A stretch of DNA of 64,000 nucleotides from Chiloscyllium plagiosum (lineage: Eukaryota): assembly GCF_004010195.1 (NCBI RefSeq), contig NC_057755.1, forward strand, positions 5,383,789 to 5,447,788, written 5' to 3'. Shown piece after piece: positions 62,561 through 64,000 of this stretch. The position numbers were made by a program, and so were the translations under genes. The notes beneath the pieces are model-generated. The model was given only the letters and a program-made list of their open reading frames with translations. It was not told where the DNA came from and did not search any database. Within the stretch, counting starts at the first letter, position 1. Each line of letters starts with the position of its first letter.

Positions 62561-63929
62561 AAATTAACGATTAAGCACTGAGACAGGTCACTGACAATGT
62601 CTAAAGGAACAAAACCAAGTGATCCTGACAATTAAGCATGCGTTTGTGATTCAGGGCGAATACAATTGATTATATTAAAATAGTAAATAAAATAATCGTT
62701 ATCTGTAAGTCAGAGCTGAAAATTGAACAAGTGACTAAGACATTTTATAAGTCATCAATATAAACTGGAAATTAATTTAGTCAGTATTCAATATATAAAT
62801 TGCAAAAATATGTAATGTTTCTAAATATGAAATTCATTATAATTATCTGGTTTCAAACCTTTAGGCTCGTTAAGCAGTCCTGACCAGTCATTGTGCATTT
62901 GCAATTCTATAAGCCGTGAAATGACTGCAGCTGCGTTAAAAGGTCTTGTCTACTCACGTGGTAAGAAAAAATTTCTCATGCACGAATATTGGCCTAATCC
63001 AAAGACACAGGTATTAACCATAGGATGTTAATTTTGTGACATGATTTATCACAATGTTGAACTTAACCTTCAATTGTCATTGAGGAATGGGAATTGATAT
63101 CAAATAAAGCTACGACTGGCACACCAGAATTCCCAATGAAACACATCAGTCTTAAAATTAAGCGGAAACAAATGAGACTGAAACAATATTTAAATTTTCT
63201 AGTATCATCTTCTGAAAAGTATCTTGTTTGTCTGGGGCATTAAGGATTTATCTTTATACTTCCAGTTTTACAAATTTTAACTAAATTAAGTAGGGTTCAT
63301 GCAACTCCTCCACACAATGAGCAAACGTTAAAGTCTGAAGTGATTTTCCTCCATGTGAGGTTTAGATTATAACTGAAGTTGAGCAGAGAGCTGTTCTCAT
63401 CCCGTAACAGTATGAGTCTGCACCAGAGACGCAGATTGAGTGTTGTTGCTATACTTCCTTCGGTCAATTCTTTCATGAGAAGTGAGAAGGGTGAAAATGA
63501 TTTTGACAGTGGCATGAAATTATGGAGAACTTGAGAGCAAGTTTATACTGATGTCAAATGGTGCAGAATCAAAGGAGAAGACATTTAAAAAATATATAAT
63601 GTCGTCTTCCTCTGTATTAAACTGATCTGAAATGAAATAAGATCGGCTGTCATGTCAGCACAATAGTGGTTAGTTAAAAACTGACAGTAGGGCAGTCATG
63701 GCCGGTAAGAGGAAGAGGGGTTCATATTTCCTTCCATAATCACTGACGAATGCTTGACTTTAAAGGAAATCATGTTAAATTCCCGAAATGCAAATCAAAT
63801 TTGAAATAGTCCTGGATCTCGAGCTCCAGGGATCAAAATACAAACATTCACCAACAAGTAAATGTGCATCCAAATCACAAAGGTTTAAATTTTCTACAAG
63901 CCGCAGGGGATCAGGACTGAGTTTCTCTC

Positions 63930-63955
63930 CCTCTTTCTCTGTCTCTCACTGTCTC

Positions 63956-64000
<45 letters not shown>
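63930..64000. repeat. (CT)n microsatellite
   Basis: Directly visible. Confidence 0.95.

Noticed and set aside
63297..63515. Minus-strand 72-aa ORF faintly reminiscent of a GPCR TM5-ICL3 segment
   Set aside because: No diagnostic motif and not hydrophobic enough; cannot be supported without a BLASTx hit.

Overview
Eukaryotic, repeat-rich vertebrate DNA, most likely from a cartilaginous fish (inferred from HE1/V-SINE-like and Deu-SINE-like elements and shark-type CR1 and Penelope families). There are three N gaps. The only host genes belong to a small tandem cluster of two-exon GPR139-like class A GPCRs on the + strand: an intact 317-aa gene (exon 1 6224-6290, exon 2 8313-9199), a duplicated pseudogene (28339-28405 + 37760-38636) and a TM6-TM7 relic near 41.4-41.7 kb. 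The rest is decayed mobile DNA: CR1, L1, Tx1 and Rex1/Babar LINEs, Penelope-like elements, a Gypsy remnant and two related class I endogenous retrovirus remnants. One of these is an internally deleted gag-(partial pol)-env element whose env is full length but disrupted. At least three Penelope families carry minimal hammerhead-ribozyme-like motifs (about ten copies, mostly mutated). There are also several local duplications, one of them probably an assembly artefact. All calls come from reading and hand-translating the sequence, so TE boundaries are approximate.
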